Shown: positions 18,485 through 27,626 of the stretch, piece by piece
Position numbering within the stretch: position 1 is the first letter of the stretch
Layout: each line of letters opens with the position of its first letter
NCBI GenBank assembly: GCA_041498975.1
Contig: JBGQJI010000012.1
Location: 1-30,830, forward strand
Length of the DNA stretch: 30,830 nucleotides
Direction: 5' to 3'
Source of the DNA: Candidatus Methylomirabilis sp.
Lineage (GTDB): Bacteria; Methylomirabilota; Methylomirabilia; Methylomirabilales; Methylomirabilaceae
Notes under the pieces: generated by a model
Told to the model about the DNA's origin: nothing
Databases searched by the model: none
The model's input: the letters and a program-made list of their open reading frames with translations, nothing else
Translations under genes and position numbers: made by a program

Positions 18485-21400
18485 ATGAAGCGCATTTGTA
18501 GGTTGCTTGCTGTTTGGTCCGTGCTCGCGGTGATAGGCAGCTTCCCTGTCCTGCCTTCGCTTGCCAAGGAGCCAGAGTCTCTGAAGGACGATATTCAAGA
18601 TGTCCTCAGGGACATCGCTGAGTTCGCTAATCGAAATGGGGGCAGTATTGTTCCAGATTCAGCACTGGAGTTGGGGATCTCCCGCCTGGAGCATGATCTG
18701 CCCTTTATGGATCGTCTGCTGGCGGCGCTGCCGTGCGGCAAAAAAGCGCCGGACGTCCTCGACGTGAAAGCCGCCCTCGACGCTGTCCGTCGCTTGATCC
18801 CGACAGTGCCGTCCCAGCCCACGGAAAAGAACATAGACGATCTCAAGAAACGCATCGAGTTCCTTGACAAAGTGCATATCACAACGGTTAACCTCATCAA
18901 GTTGAAGGTCATCAGCGGTATGACCACGGCACTCATAGCCGCGGTCCCAGCCTCAGGTAAACCGGGTGCCTCAGGGGTCGACTTCGGCAATGTCCTCGAC
19001 CAGGGCCTGAGCCACATGGGGGTCAATCCCGCGGACACCGGTACGGTGAAGAAATTTCCGGGCCTGCCCCAGTATCGACAGTATCTATATGGTGAAAACA
19101 AGGATGAGTTTCAAAGGTTTGCTCAGCAAAAGGTCGATGAGGGGCTGCGGAAGTATCAGGGTCCCCCCGGGGGGGGACCACGGTTCACCGAGTACGACGT
19201 GTACCTGTGGGCGAACGAATTCACTCGCACCAAGAGCGCGGCGGATAAGAAGGCTGCCGAGCAACAGCTTGAGCAAAAGAAAAAGGAACTGACTGTACTC
19301 CTGCCAAAGAGCCAGGAAGCGGAGAAAAGGAAAAGGTACTTCGAGGGTCTGGTGGCTCGCTTGGAAGCGGCATGGAACGCGTCACTATGGGTGAAGGACA
19401 AGACTCAGTTCGAGAAGCCCGGGGCCGTCATCACCGTTTCGGTTGTCGATGCCGCCTCCGGGAGCCCGATCGGGGACGCGAAAGTTGGTCTCACCCCGCC
19501 CTCGGGAACGATGAGCGCGTCGATGAGCTCGACGAAGTACGTCGGCGTGGATCAGCGAGCGTATAGTATCGTGGCGGAGCACCGAGATTACAACAGCAGT
19601 AGCGCCTCAGTGACGGTGACGGACTGCAAGGATCACCCGGTGGTTGTCCGGCTCGTCCCGCTCCCGAAGCCACCCGCTGTAGCGACTCTCCACGTTTCGG
19701 TCATGGATGAAGCCACTAGGAAAGCGGTGCCTAACCCGAGAGTCGATCTCACCCCGGCCGCCGGCTGGAAAACCTTCCTGCGGGACCCGGACCGAATGGT
19801 GTTCGAGAAGCTGCCGCCGGACTCCTATAGCGTCACGGCCGAGGCCGAAGGCTACACCAGCGGCAGCGACCGGGTGACAGTGATTGAGCAAAAGGATTAC
19901 TCGGTGGTGATTTGGCTGAAGAAGAAAGAGGAGGACACGGGGCCTGTGCCGCACCTCACGGCACGGCTGGACTGTGGCGGCCTCCTAGAAGTGGTGCCTG
20001 GCCAAGGCAGCAAGGCCTGTACGGTAATTGTGGAAGGGTGGCGCAGCAACACCGTTGATCCGGTGGAGGTGGTGCTCTTCCCGAACCCTCCCCCTGGAGG
20101 CATCGTGATGTCTGGCAACACCTCGGTGGACCCGGGCAATATGTACACCGCTGGTGTCTCGGACAAACGGGACGAATACCCAATCAGTGAGTACTTCCGG
20201 GCCGACGACAGTGCACCGCCAGGAACCACGCCATTCCAGATCGTCGTCCGCCAGCGCGGCGCCGGCAGCGTCACGCTTCCGCTCTCGGTCATCGTGCTCC
20301 CTAAGAAGGGTGGGCCCGTCGGGCCTGCACCGGGTTCGCCGTCGTCGCCGCCCATATCCAGCACCACCGGCGGGCAACTGAGCGCGCGCCTGGACTGTGG
20401 CGGTATCCTACAACTGGTGCCGGGCCAAGTCAGCAAGAGCTGCGGTGTGGTCCTCCAGGGGTGGCGTAGCAACACAGCCGACCGCGTCGAGGTGGAGGTA
20501 GTCTATCCGCGGCTGAGCAGCGGGATTGAGGTGTTCCCCGGAACCACTTCCCAGGACCCGGGCAATATGTACACTGCGGGCGTATCGGATCACCAAGGCG
20601 AATACATCTTCTCCGAGGGGTTCTCCGCCAGCGACAGCGCCCTCCCTGGGACCACACCGGTGCGGGTCGTCGTTCGCCAGCGCGGCGCCGGCGAGCTCAC
20701 CCTCAGCCTGAACGTGACGGTCCTCGCCAAGGGCACGCCCGATATTCTCGGGATTGGCACGCCCCCTCCCGTCCAAGCCGGAACCGGGGGCAATATCTGC
20801 GTCTGGCGGTACAAGCTCATCGGCGATCCATACCCGGACTGCTGGCATTTCGTGGCCTCCACCTGCGAGAACAGACGGTATGCGAATAAGCCGGACTACC
20901 CGCTGGCAGGCTCGAACATGAACTGGGGGGACGCCGACCGGCTGATCGGGGAGCAGAGCCGCTACTTCAGCGACGCGTGTCGAGGAATCGCCCCCGGCCC
21001 GTCGCAGGCGGCAGCGCCCCCGCCGGCGACCGTGGCCGCCGGCAGCGGAGGGGAGTACTGCGTCTGGCGCTATAAACTCTTCGGCGATCCCCCGGCCTGT
21101 TTCCACTTCGCGGCCGCGGCGTGCGATACGCCCCGGTACACCAATCCCCGGGGTGGCTACGAGTTGGTCGGCTCTGGCATGAAGCGGTCGGAGGCCGACG
21201 CGCGGATTCAGGAGCTCAGTCGCTACTTCGACGACGCCTACGCGTGTCGCGCAGCCGCCGCTACACCTTCCACGAAACCGGCCACGCCTCCACCGTCCAC
21301 CCCTTCGGACTCTAGTGATTCCACCCCGCCGACCCCCCCCATCGGCCCTACGGAGCCTTCCGAACCCCTCCCTCCCACAGGCCCCGCCCAACCTACCCGC

Positions 21401-22441
21401 TACCTGTCTGCCTTTCAGGTGGCATGCCGCCCCACGACGATAGTGGCCAAGGAACAGTCGGCGACCTGCCAAGCGTCGGGGGTGTACTCGGACAAGCCGG
21501 ACCAGGCTGTGAACCTGACGGCCCCGCCCACGACCTGGGAAAACGGTCCTACATTCAGCTCCGATGTGGACGGTGAGTACACGGTCACGGCCTCCCTCGA
21601 GGGGTTGAGCGGATCGGCGACGGTGAGGGTGAAGAAGAAAGCGGACATCGCCGGCGCCACTAAAGAGGCGGGGAAGGTCCAAGCGCAGGATCCGGGGGGT
21701 AAGGCGCCCCCCACGCAACCAGACACGCCCGGTCAGACACAGGGGGGCTATGCGGAGCCACCGCCCGGCTCGACCCCAGGCGGGGGTCAAGGTGGCACTC
21801 CAGGCGCGCCGGGACTACCGCTGCCTCCGGGATTGCAGCCCGGAGTCGTCGTCGGAGGTCTGGTCAGCCCACCCGGGTTGGGGCCGTTGGGGGGGCCGCT
21901 GCCTGGAGGGCCTCCGGTGGGCGGAGGGGGTGGCCCGTATGGACCGTCCACCGGAGGTGGATCACCAGGGTCAAAGCCAGCGAAGACCGCCGGGGGGGCG
22001 CCTCCGAGGACGCCGCCGGTGAAGACCCCGCCCACCACGCTGCCGCCGGTCACGCCGCCCGGGCCCCCTCCGCCGCCCCCGACCCCTGGGTCAGGCGCGC
22101 AGGGTATTGACTTGTCAGGCACGTGGCAGGCAACCTACAACGCAGACTTTTTAGGCAATTTAAGGTTTACTATGACCCTCCGCCGCGTCGCTGCCGGTAA
22201 GTGGGAAGGTCCATTGGACTACGATGTTGTTGACTGTCCTGAGATGAGCTTCAAGACCCAGGCAACGCTTCAGGCTACGGGCGTCGGAAAAGTACATCTG
22301 ACATATAACAGTCCAGCAAAAGACTGTCCAAGATATGTTGGGAAGATAGTGGCAGGGGCTCAGCAGGCAGATGGGACGTACACCAACTCCCAAATTACCT
22401 TCGGGGCTTCTCCCAACACTGTGACGTACACGAGAAAGTAG
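18485..22441 (+). CDS. Large exported modular protein: helical N-domain, 2 carboxypeptidase-regulatory-like domains, 2 long Cys/Ig-like repeats, 2 short Cys-rich repeats, Ig-like domain, Pro/Gly linker, C-terminal beta domain
   Basis: RBS GGGAGG; signal MKRICRLLAVWSVLAVIGSFPVLPSLA; two V.V.D..SG.PI..A.V.L..Y.V.A.A.GY units; internal repeats visible at protein and DNA level. Confidence 0.85.
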   Translation: MKRICRLLAVWSVLAVIGSFPVLPSLAKEPESLKDDIQDVLRDIAEFANRNGGSIVPDSALELGISRLEHDLPFMDRLLAALPCGKKAPDVLDVKAALDAVRRLIPTVPSQPTEKNIDDLKKRIEFLDKVHITTVNLIKLKVISGMTTALIAAVPASGKPGASGVDFGNVLDQGLSHMGVNPADTGTVKKFPGLPQYRQYLYGENKDEFQRFAQQKVDEGLRKYQGPPGGGPRFTEYDVYLWANEFTRTKSAADKKAAEQQLEQKKKELTVLLPKSQEAEKRKRYFEGLVARLEAAWNASLWVKDKTQFEKPGAVITVSVVDAASGSPIGDAKVGLTPPSGTMSASMSSTKYVGVDQRAYSIVAEHRDYNSSSASVTVTDCKDHPVVVRLVPLPKPPAVATLHVSVMDEATRKAVPNPRVDLTPAAGWKTFLRDPDRMVFEKLPPDSYSVTAEAEGYTSGSDRVTVIEQKDYSVVIWLKKKEEDTGPVPHLTARLDCGGLLEVVPGQGSKACTVIVEGWRSNTVDPVEVVLFPNPPPGGIVMSGNTSVDPGNMYTAGVSDKRDEYPISEYFRADDSAPPGTTPFQIVVRQRGAGSVTLPLSVIVLPKKGGPVGPAPGSPSSPPISSTTGGQLSARLDCGGILQLVPGQVSKSCGVVLQGWRSNTADRVEVEVVYPRLSSGIEVFPGTTSQDPGNMYTAGVSDHQGEYIFSEGFSASDSALPGTTPVRVVVRQRGAGELTLSLNVTVLAKGTPDILGIGTPPPVQAGTGGNICVWRYKLIGDPYPDCWHFVASTCENRRYANKPDYPLAGSNMNWGDADRLIGEQSRYFSDACRGIAPGPSQAAAPPPATVAAGSGGEYCVWRYKLFGDPPACFHFAAAACDTPRYTNPRGGYELVGSGMKRSEADARIQELSRYFDDAYACRAAAATPSTKPATPPPSTPSDSSDSTPPTPPIGPTEPSEPLPPTGPAQPTRYLSAFQVACRPTTIVAKEQSATCQASGVYSDKPDQAVNLTAPPTTWENGPTFSSDVDGEYTVTASLEGLSGSATVRVKKKADIAGATKEAGKVQAQDPGGKAPPTQPDTPGQTQGGYAEPPPGSTPGGGQGGTPGAPGLPLPPGLQPGVVVGGLVSPPGLGPLGGPLPGGPPVGGGGGPYGPSTGGGSPGSKPAKTAGGAPPRTPPVKTPPTTLPPVTPPGPPPPPPTPGSGAQGIDLSGTWQATYNADFLGNLRFTMTLRRVAAGKWEGPLDYDVVDCPEMSFKTQATLQATGVGKVHLTYNSPAKDCPRYVGKIVAGAQQADGTYTNSQITFGASPNTVTYTRK
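19955..20731 (+). repeat. Intragenic tandem repeat A (two units of ~117 aa)
   Basis: Units 19955-20305 and 20378-20731 share LxARLDCGG..VPGQ.SK.C.V...GWRSNT.D.VEV..DPGNMYTAGVSD..SE.F.A.DSA.PGTTP..VVRQRGAG..TL.L.V.VL.K. Confidence 0.9.
20786..21247 (+). repeat. Intragenic tandem repeat B (two Cys-rich units of ~65 aa)
   Basis: Units ~20786-20980 and ~21047-21247 share GG..CVWRYKL.GDP..C.HF.A..C...RY.N....Y.L.GS.M....AD..I.E.SRYF.DA. Confidence 0.9.
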
Positions 22442-22476
22442 TGATCGCAGTTCTACAGACCGGCGGCCTCTAGTGA

Positions 22477-22509
22477 ACCGCCCGCGCCGGATGCGCCGGC
22501 TCGGGCGGT
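22477..22509 (+). other. GC-rich intergenic hairpin just upstream of the Rhs RBS
   Basis: ACCGCCCGCGCCGG-ATGCG-CCGGCTCGGGCGGT with no U-tract, followed by AAGGGGGG and ATG 22525. Confidence 0.5.
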
Positions 22510-22524
22510 AAGGGGGGATATCAC

Positions 22525-25500
22525 ATGCCTATGATTGCTAGACGGCTGACTGCGCTGATCGTTCTCGTGGCATTCGTCCTTGAGCCGTTCATGGGTCTCA
22601 TCGGCCGTGAACTGGCGGAGGCCGATTCCCGGGGGCGAGCCTCCCGTGTCGCGGCGTTCGATAACGCGCTGGCCTTGCACTTCGGTCGGGGCACGTCCTC
22701 CGATAGGCTTTTCGTCCACCATCCCGGCGACCCGGTCAACCTCCGCACGGGAAATCTCACGCTTCCCGGGATTGACCTGTCTGTCCCCTCTCGAGGCCCG
22801 TCGCTGGAGGTTACGCGGAATTACAACAGTCGGTCGTCTGCGGCCGGTCTCTTCGGACTGAAGTGGCAGTCCAACCTGGAGATGCGGGCGCTCCGCCTTG
22901 CGGGAAGGATTGCCATCGTGGAGCCCGATGGCGCCCTGATCGAGTTCAGGCCGGACGGCAACACCCCGGGCGCTGCGACCGGCGGATCGCGGTACAGAGC
23001 CACCGTGCGCGGCCCGGAGCAGGCGGAGGAGAGGCCGGACGGGTCACTCCTGAGGCAGACGGCCGCCGGGACTCGGGAGCTGTTCGATCGACAGGGCCGG
23101 CTGGGACGGATCGAGGACCGAAACGGCAATGCCCTCCGCTTGGAGTACCAGGGCGACAAGCTCATGAGAGTCACGAGCGATTCAGGGCGGGGGCTGACCT
23201 TTATGTATGGCGGTCCCGGCGGCCGATTCGTCGTGATGGTGAAGGACCCGGCCGGAGGGATCATTCGCTACCAGTACGACACGCGAGGCCGCCTGATCAG
23301 CGTCATCGACCAGGCCGGGCGCGAGGGACGCTACGAGTACGATGGCCGCGATCGGCTGGTCGGGCTGATCTACACCGACGGCGCGGAGACGCGGATGACC
23401 TACGAGGGCGATACCGGCGCGGTCCTGGCGCAGCAGGGACCTGGCCCTGGGACGACGACCTACCGATACGAGTGGGAGCCGGGCGGCGTGCTGTCTCGTC
23501 GGACGATGGTCACCGACGTTGCGGGCCGTCGGACCGTCTACGAATACGCTCAAGGCGGACGGGAGTTGGCCGTCACTGAGCCTTCCGGCCGTCGGACGGC
23601 CGTGCTCTACGATCCAGACTTCCACCAACCGCTAAGCGTGAGCGGGCCGAAGGGGATCCTCGCCTCCTATCAATACGATAGTTCGGGACGCCTCTTGAGT
23701 GAGACGAGCGCGCTGCGGCGGACGACCCGTTACCGCCACGACCCGGTCTCCGGCCGGCTGCTCGAGGTCATCGACGGGGCAGGCCACCGTGCCCGCTTCG
23801 AGTACGATGCCAGAGGGAACCGGCTGGCGGCGGTTCGAGGGGACGGGGCGGCGACGCGCGGCGTGTACGATGCGCGCGGCCAGATCGTCGAGCGGATCGA
23901 TCCAACCGGCGCCCGGACACGGTTTGGCTATGACCAGGCGGGAAACCTGATCGAGCAGGCGGACGCCGCCGGGCAGAAGACGCGATACGAGTACGACGTT
24001 CTCGGCCGGCAGGTCAGACGAATCGGGGCCAGTGCGGCGGAGACTCGTTGGGCCTACAACGGGGTCGGAGACCTGATCAAGAAGGTGGACGCCGAGGGGC
24101 GAGAGACGGTCTACCAGTATGACCCGATGCGCCGGTTGAGTGCGGTGACCGACTCGGCCGGCCGCGTCACCCGGTACGAGTATGATATCGGCGGCCAGCT
24201 CGTCGCCGTCGTCGATCCGGCGGGTGGGAGGACGGTCCGAAGCTACACGCCGGATGGGCTCCTGCGGGAGATCACAGACGCGAGCGGGGTCGTCCTCCGG
24301 TACGAGTATGATCCGCTTGGTCGGAGAGTCGCCCGGATCGACGGCCTGGGCCACCGCTCGCGGTACGAGTACGACGCCGAGGGCCGCCTCGCCACCTTGC
24401 GGGACCCGACTGGAAACGAGCTTCGACGTGCCTACGACGCTGGCGGGCGGCCAACGGTCCTGGCGAACCAGTCGGGCCGGACTACTCTGACGTATGATCC
24501 CGCCGGCCGCGTCGAGGCGTTGACCGAGCCCGACGGGAGGACCTGGCGGTACCGGTTCGGCCCGGTGGGGAAGGTCACGGAGGTGATCGATCCGGCCGGC
24601 GGCAAGGCCGCGTATCGGTACGATGCAGCGGGACGGCTCCTTGAGCAACTCGATCCGGCCGGCCTGAGCGTCCGCTACCTCAGAGACCAGCTCGGCCGAG
24701 TGGCTGCCGTCGAAGACCCGCTTGGGCCAGTGATGCGTCTCGCTTACGACGACTGCGGCAACGCAGTCTCCAAACTCTCACCCTCTGGAAAGGGGGTCAG
24801 ATATGGATACGACCGCCTTGGGCGCGTTGTTAGTATCAGCTATCCCGACGGCAGCGAGCGACGATTTCAATATGACCGGGCCGGAAATGCCGTGGCTGCA
24901 AGGCAAGGCGAGGAAGCAATCCAGTACAGGTACGACGCCTTGAACCGCCTGGTTAGTGTACAGTACCCTCGCTTGAACAAGACGATCCGCTACGCCTATG
25001 ACGCCGCCGGGCGCCGGACGGAAATGGTGGACACCGCCGGAGGCGTGACTCGGTACCGTTACGACGCGGCCGGCCGCCTCGCAGAGCTGACACCGCCGGA
25101 TGGCGCCATTCTACGTTTTGCCTATGACCCTGCCGGGCGCATGACGGAGGTTCGCTACCCCAACGGGGTGACGGGCAGGATCTCCTACGAGCTAAATGGC
25201 CGTGCGAAGGGTGTAGGGTATGAGCGGGCCGGACAACCGATCGCAGGACGTAGCTACCAGTATGATCCCTCAGGTCGCCCCGCGTCTGCGACCGCCCATG
25301 ACGGCTCGATGGAGCGGTACGGCTATGATGGGCTTTCACGGCTTACGACGGTAACGGGCGCCAAAGGGGATCGGGTTGAGTATGCGTACCTCCCTGACGG
25401 CAGCCGGGCTCGGACGTCCTCAGGTTCGTCCTCGGTCAGTTACAGCTACGACCCGGCGGGTCGCCTCGTCGCCGCTGGAGGCGTGACGTTCAGGCATGAC

Positions 25501-27453
25501 GCTGACGGGAACCTCATCGAGCGGAAGGGGCCTGAAGGCGTGACTGGGTATGAGTATGACGCCGACCGCCGATTGGTCAAGGTAAGCACGCCGAATGGTC
25601 AGACGATCGCCTACGGCTACGATCCGGATGGGCAGCGGTTGTGGCGGAGCGATATGGCAGGGACCGCCTACTTCCTCCATGACGGTCTCAACCTCGTCGC
25701 CGAGTTGGACGACAAGTTCTCGGTGAAGGCCCTGTACCTTCACGGCGAGGGGCTGGACGCTCCCCTCGTCATGATGCGGGCAGGGAAGAGTTATTACTAC
25801 CATCCGGACCGATTGGGCAACATCCTTGCGCTGACCGATGATCGTGGGCAAGTCGTGGCCTCGTACACATATGACCCCTTCGGCTCTCCCCAGTCCCTCC
25901 AGGCAACTGTGCCGAATCCATTCCTCTTTACGGCCCGGGAATACGATTCGGCCACCCGCCTCTATCACTTCCGTGCCCGCGAGTACGACCCAGCGTTAGG
26001 CCGATTTCTCACGAAAGATCCGTTGCCGGGCAATCTCCTTGATCCTCGTACGCTCCAGCCGTACGTGTACGTGTCCAACAATCCCTTGTCCCTTACTGAC
26101 CCGCTTGGGTTAGTCGGGTTTAGTGATCCTCCGAGTATTCCGGGTCTCCCCTCGTCAGGTTATCTCCAACCAAGCGACATCGCTAAAATCACAGACCCCG
26201 GTATGCGCGTCAACGTGCTCCAGCAGATCAATCAGGTGGCCACTCAGTACCCAGGACGGTACAGCGTCGGCATCACTCCGGGTAATCCCGGAACGCTGAC
26301 GGTGTGGCCGAATAATGGACCGCCGCAGACCATCTATCCGGAGCCACTCGGGGTGCCTGGCGGCATGGCAAATATAGCCATCCCTGAAGGACCCGTCGAA
26401 ATCGTGCCTGCGCCTAAGCCACCAGGAGGCATGACATTACCTGTCACGCCTGAGCCTGTTGCGCCCGTTACACCTGCGGAACCTGTCGTGCTCGAACCGG
26501 TTGCTCCGGGGGGCGCTGCCGGTGGGGCAGGGGAGGGTGCGGGCATTTCCGTGGGCGGGGCGCTGGGCGTGGTGGCGTTCGGGGTTGCGGTGATTGCAAG
26601 CGCCGTCCATATCGCCACGGCGGACGATAAAACAGGGGCGACCATACAGGAAACTGGTGGCTGGGTCGGCGCGATATATGGGGCCGGAGTTGGGGCATTT
26701 CTCTCTCCGGTTCTCGGTCCGCTTGGCCCGATCGGTGGCGGACTCATCGGCGGATTCATCGGGAGCGTAGTCGCTGGCTGCCTCTACGGCCCCTGTCCGC
26801 CGCCGGGCCCGTCGCCTTACCTCCCACCGGTGGAGCCGCCGCCATCGAGCCCGACCGGGAGTGTGCCCGCGTCCGGCACAAGCGACGGAAACCCCGTGCT
26901 CACCCCTCTACCTGACCCCGGCACGCCATCGGTGACCGTGGCGCCCTTTCCGCCGGTACACCCACCAAAACTTCCATCGGGGGAATCTGGACCGCCCCCC
27001 GACCTTGTCTCCCCGCCCTCCACTGAGCCCGAGCCTGGGAGCATGGGCACCGGGGCAGTCCCCAACATCAAGGGCGCAACAGAAGCAGCGGGCGAGTCCC
27101 AGCAAACGGCTCCCTGGGGGGCGTCACAGCAGCCCGCCACTCAATCGACGCAATCCGGGCCGCAGGGGCCGGGTTACGGAGCGCCGGAGCCGCCACCGGC
27201 CTCCCCGCCGCAGGGCAGCGCGGGCACGGCACCGGCTTATCCTGGGTCCCCGGGGTATCCGCCGTCGCCGGGCACCGGGTTCACGCCCCCTGGCTATAGT
27301 CTGCCACCGATGGATGATCCCGGGGAATCGCTTGGTTCTGGTGGAAGTGGCTCGAGGGGAGGGCGCGGACATCCCCCGAGGGGCGGTGGAAGGAAGGACC
27401 CAAAGCCGGGGACACCTGTGACGCCTCCCTGCAACCCTTGCGGAGGAGCGTGA
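22525..27453 (+). CDS. Sec-signal Rhs/YD-repeat protein (DUF6531 + YD repeats + Rhs-associated core + 446-aa C-terminal extension)
   Basis: Signal-like N-terminus ending AEA; DUF6531 pattern GDPVNLRTGN..DL..LEVTRNYNS..FG..W; many YD.xGRL repeats; core YYHPDRLG, YDPFG, REYD..TRLYHFRAREYDP.LGRFLTKDP and NNPLSLTDPLGL (DPLGL at 26098-26112). Confidence 0.93.
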   Translation: MPMIARRLTALIVLVAFVLEPFMGLIGRELAEADSRGRASRVAAFDNALALHFGRGTSSDRLFVHHPGDPVNLRTGNLTLPGIDLSVPSRGPSLEVTRNYNSRSSAAGLFGLKWQSNLEMRALRLAGRIAIVEPDGALIEFRPDGNTPGAATGGSRYRATVRGPEQAEERPDGSLLRQTAAGTRELFDRQGRLGRIEDRNGNALRLEYQGDKLMRVTSDSGRGLTFMYGGPGGRFVVMVKDPAGGIIRYQYDTRGRLISVIDQAGREGRYEYDGRDRLVGLIYTDGAETRMTYEGDTGAVLAQQGPGPGTTTYRYEWEPGGVLSRRTMVTDVAGRRTVYEYAQGGRELAVTEPSGRRTAVLYDPDFHQPLSVSGPKGILASYQYDSSGRLLSETSALRRTTRYRHDPVSGRLLEVIDGAGHRARFEYDARGNRLAAVRGDGAATRGVYDARGQIVERIDPTGARTRFGYDQAGNLIEQADAAGQKTRYEYDVLGRQVRRIGASAAETRWAYNGVGDLIKKVDAEGRETVYQYDPMRRLSAVTDSAGRVTRYEYDIGGQLVAVVDPAGGRTVRSYTPDGLLREITDASGVVLRYEYDPLGRRVARIDGLGHRSRYEYDAEGRLATLRDPTGNELRRAYDAGGRPTVLANQSGRTTLTYDPAGRVEALTEPDGRTWRYRFGPVGKVTEVIDPAGGKAAYRYDAAGRLLEQLDPAGLSVRYLRDQLGRVAAVEDPLGPVMRLAYDDCGNAVSKLSPSGKGVRYGYDRLGRVVSISYPDGSERRFQYDRAGNAVAARQGEEAIQYRYDALNRLVSVQYPRLNKTIRYAYDAAGRRTEMVDTAGGVTRYRYDAAGRLAELTPPDGAILRFAYDPAGRMTEVRYPNGVTGRISYELNGRAKGVGYERAGQPIAGRSYQYDPSGRPASATAHDGSMERYGYDGLSRLTTVTGAKGDRVEYAYLPDGSRARTSSGSSSVSYSYDPAGRLVAAGGVTFRHDADGNLIERKGPEGVTGYEYDADRRLVKVSTPNGQTIAYGYDPDGQRLWRSDMAGTAYFLHDGLNLVAELDDKFSVKALYLHGEGLDAPLVMMRAGKSYYYHPDRLGNILALTDDRGQVVASYTYDPFGSPQSLQATVPNPFLFTAREYDSATRLYHFRAREYDPALGRFLTKDPLPGNLLDPRTLQPYVYVSNNPLSLTDPLGLVGFSDPPSIPGLPSSGYLQPSDIAKITDPGMRVNVLQQINQVATQYPGRYSVGITPGNPGTLTVWPNNGPPQTIYPEPLGVPGGMANIAIPEGPVEIVPAPKPPGGMTLPVTPEPVAPVTPAEPVVLEPVAPGGAAGGAGEGAGISVGGALGVVAFGVAVIASAVHIATADDKTGATIQETGGWVGAIYGAGVGAFLSPVLGPLGPIGGGLIGGFIGSVVAGCLYGPCPPPGPSPYLPPVEPPPSSPTGSVPASGTSDGNPVLTPLPDPGTPSVTVAPFPPVHPPKLPSGESGPPPDLVSPPSTEPEPGSMGTGAVPNIKGATEAAGESQQTAPWGASQQPATQSTQSGPQGPGYGAPEPPPASPPQGSAGTAPAYPGSPGYPPSPGTGFTPPGYSLPPMDDPGESLGSGGSGSRGGRGHPPRGGGRKDPKPGTPVTPPCNPCGGA

Positions 27454-27626
27454 ACCCCCGGGAATTGTTGAGCGCCGGGCTGGCGCTCGAGGGGGAATGA
27501 GATCGATTCCATTGGATTGCCATTGCGACTTGCAATTCAAGCGGACATTCTGAGCAGCATCGCGGCCGGATCGGTCTGAGGTTCAATTTCTGAGAGAGCA
27601 CACACCAACTTGAGGAGATGAAAGGT

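Noticed and set aside
22525..27453. Rhs as a type VI secretion effector
   Set aside because: No PAAR, VgrG or Eag chaperone sequence or neighbours, and it has a Sec-type N-terminus.
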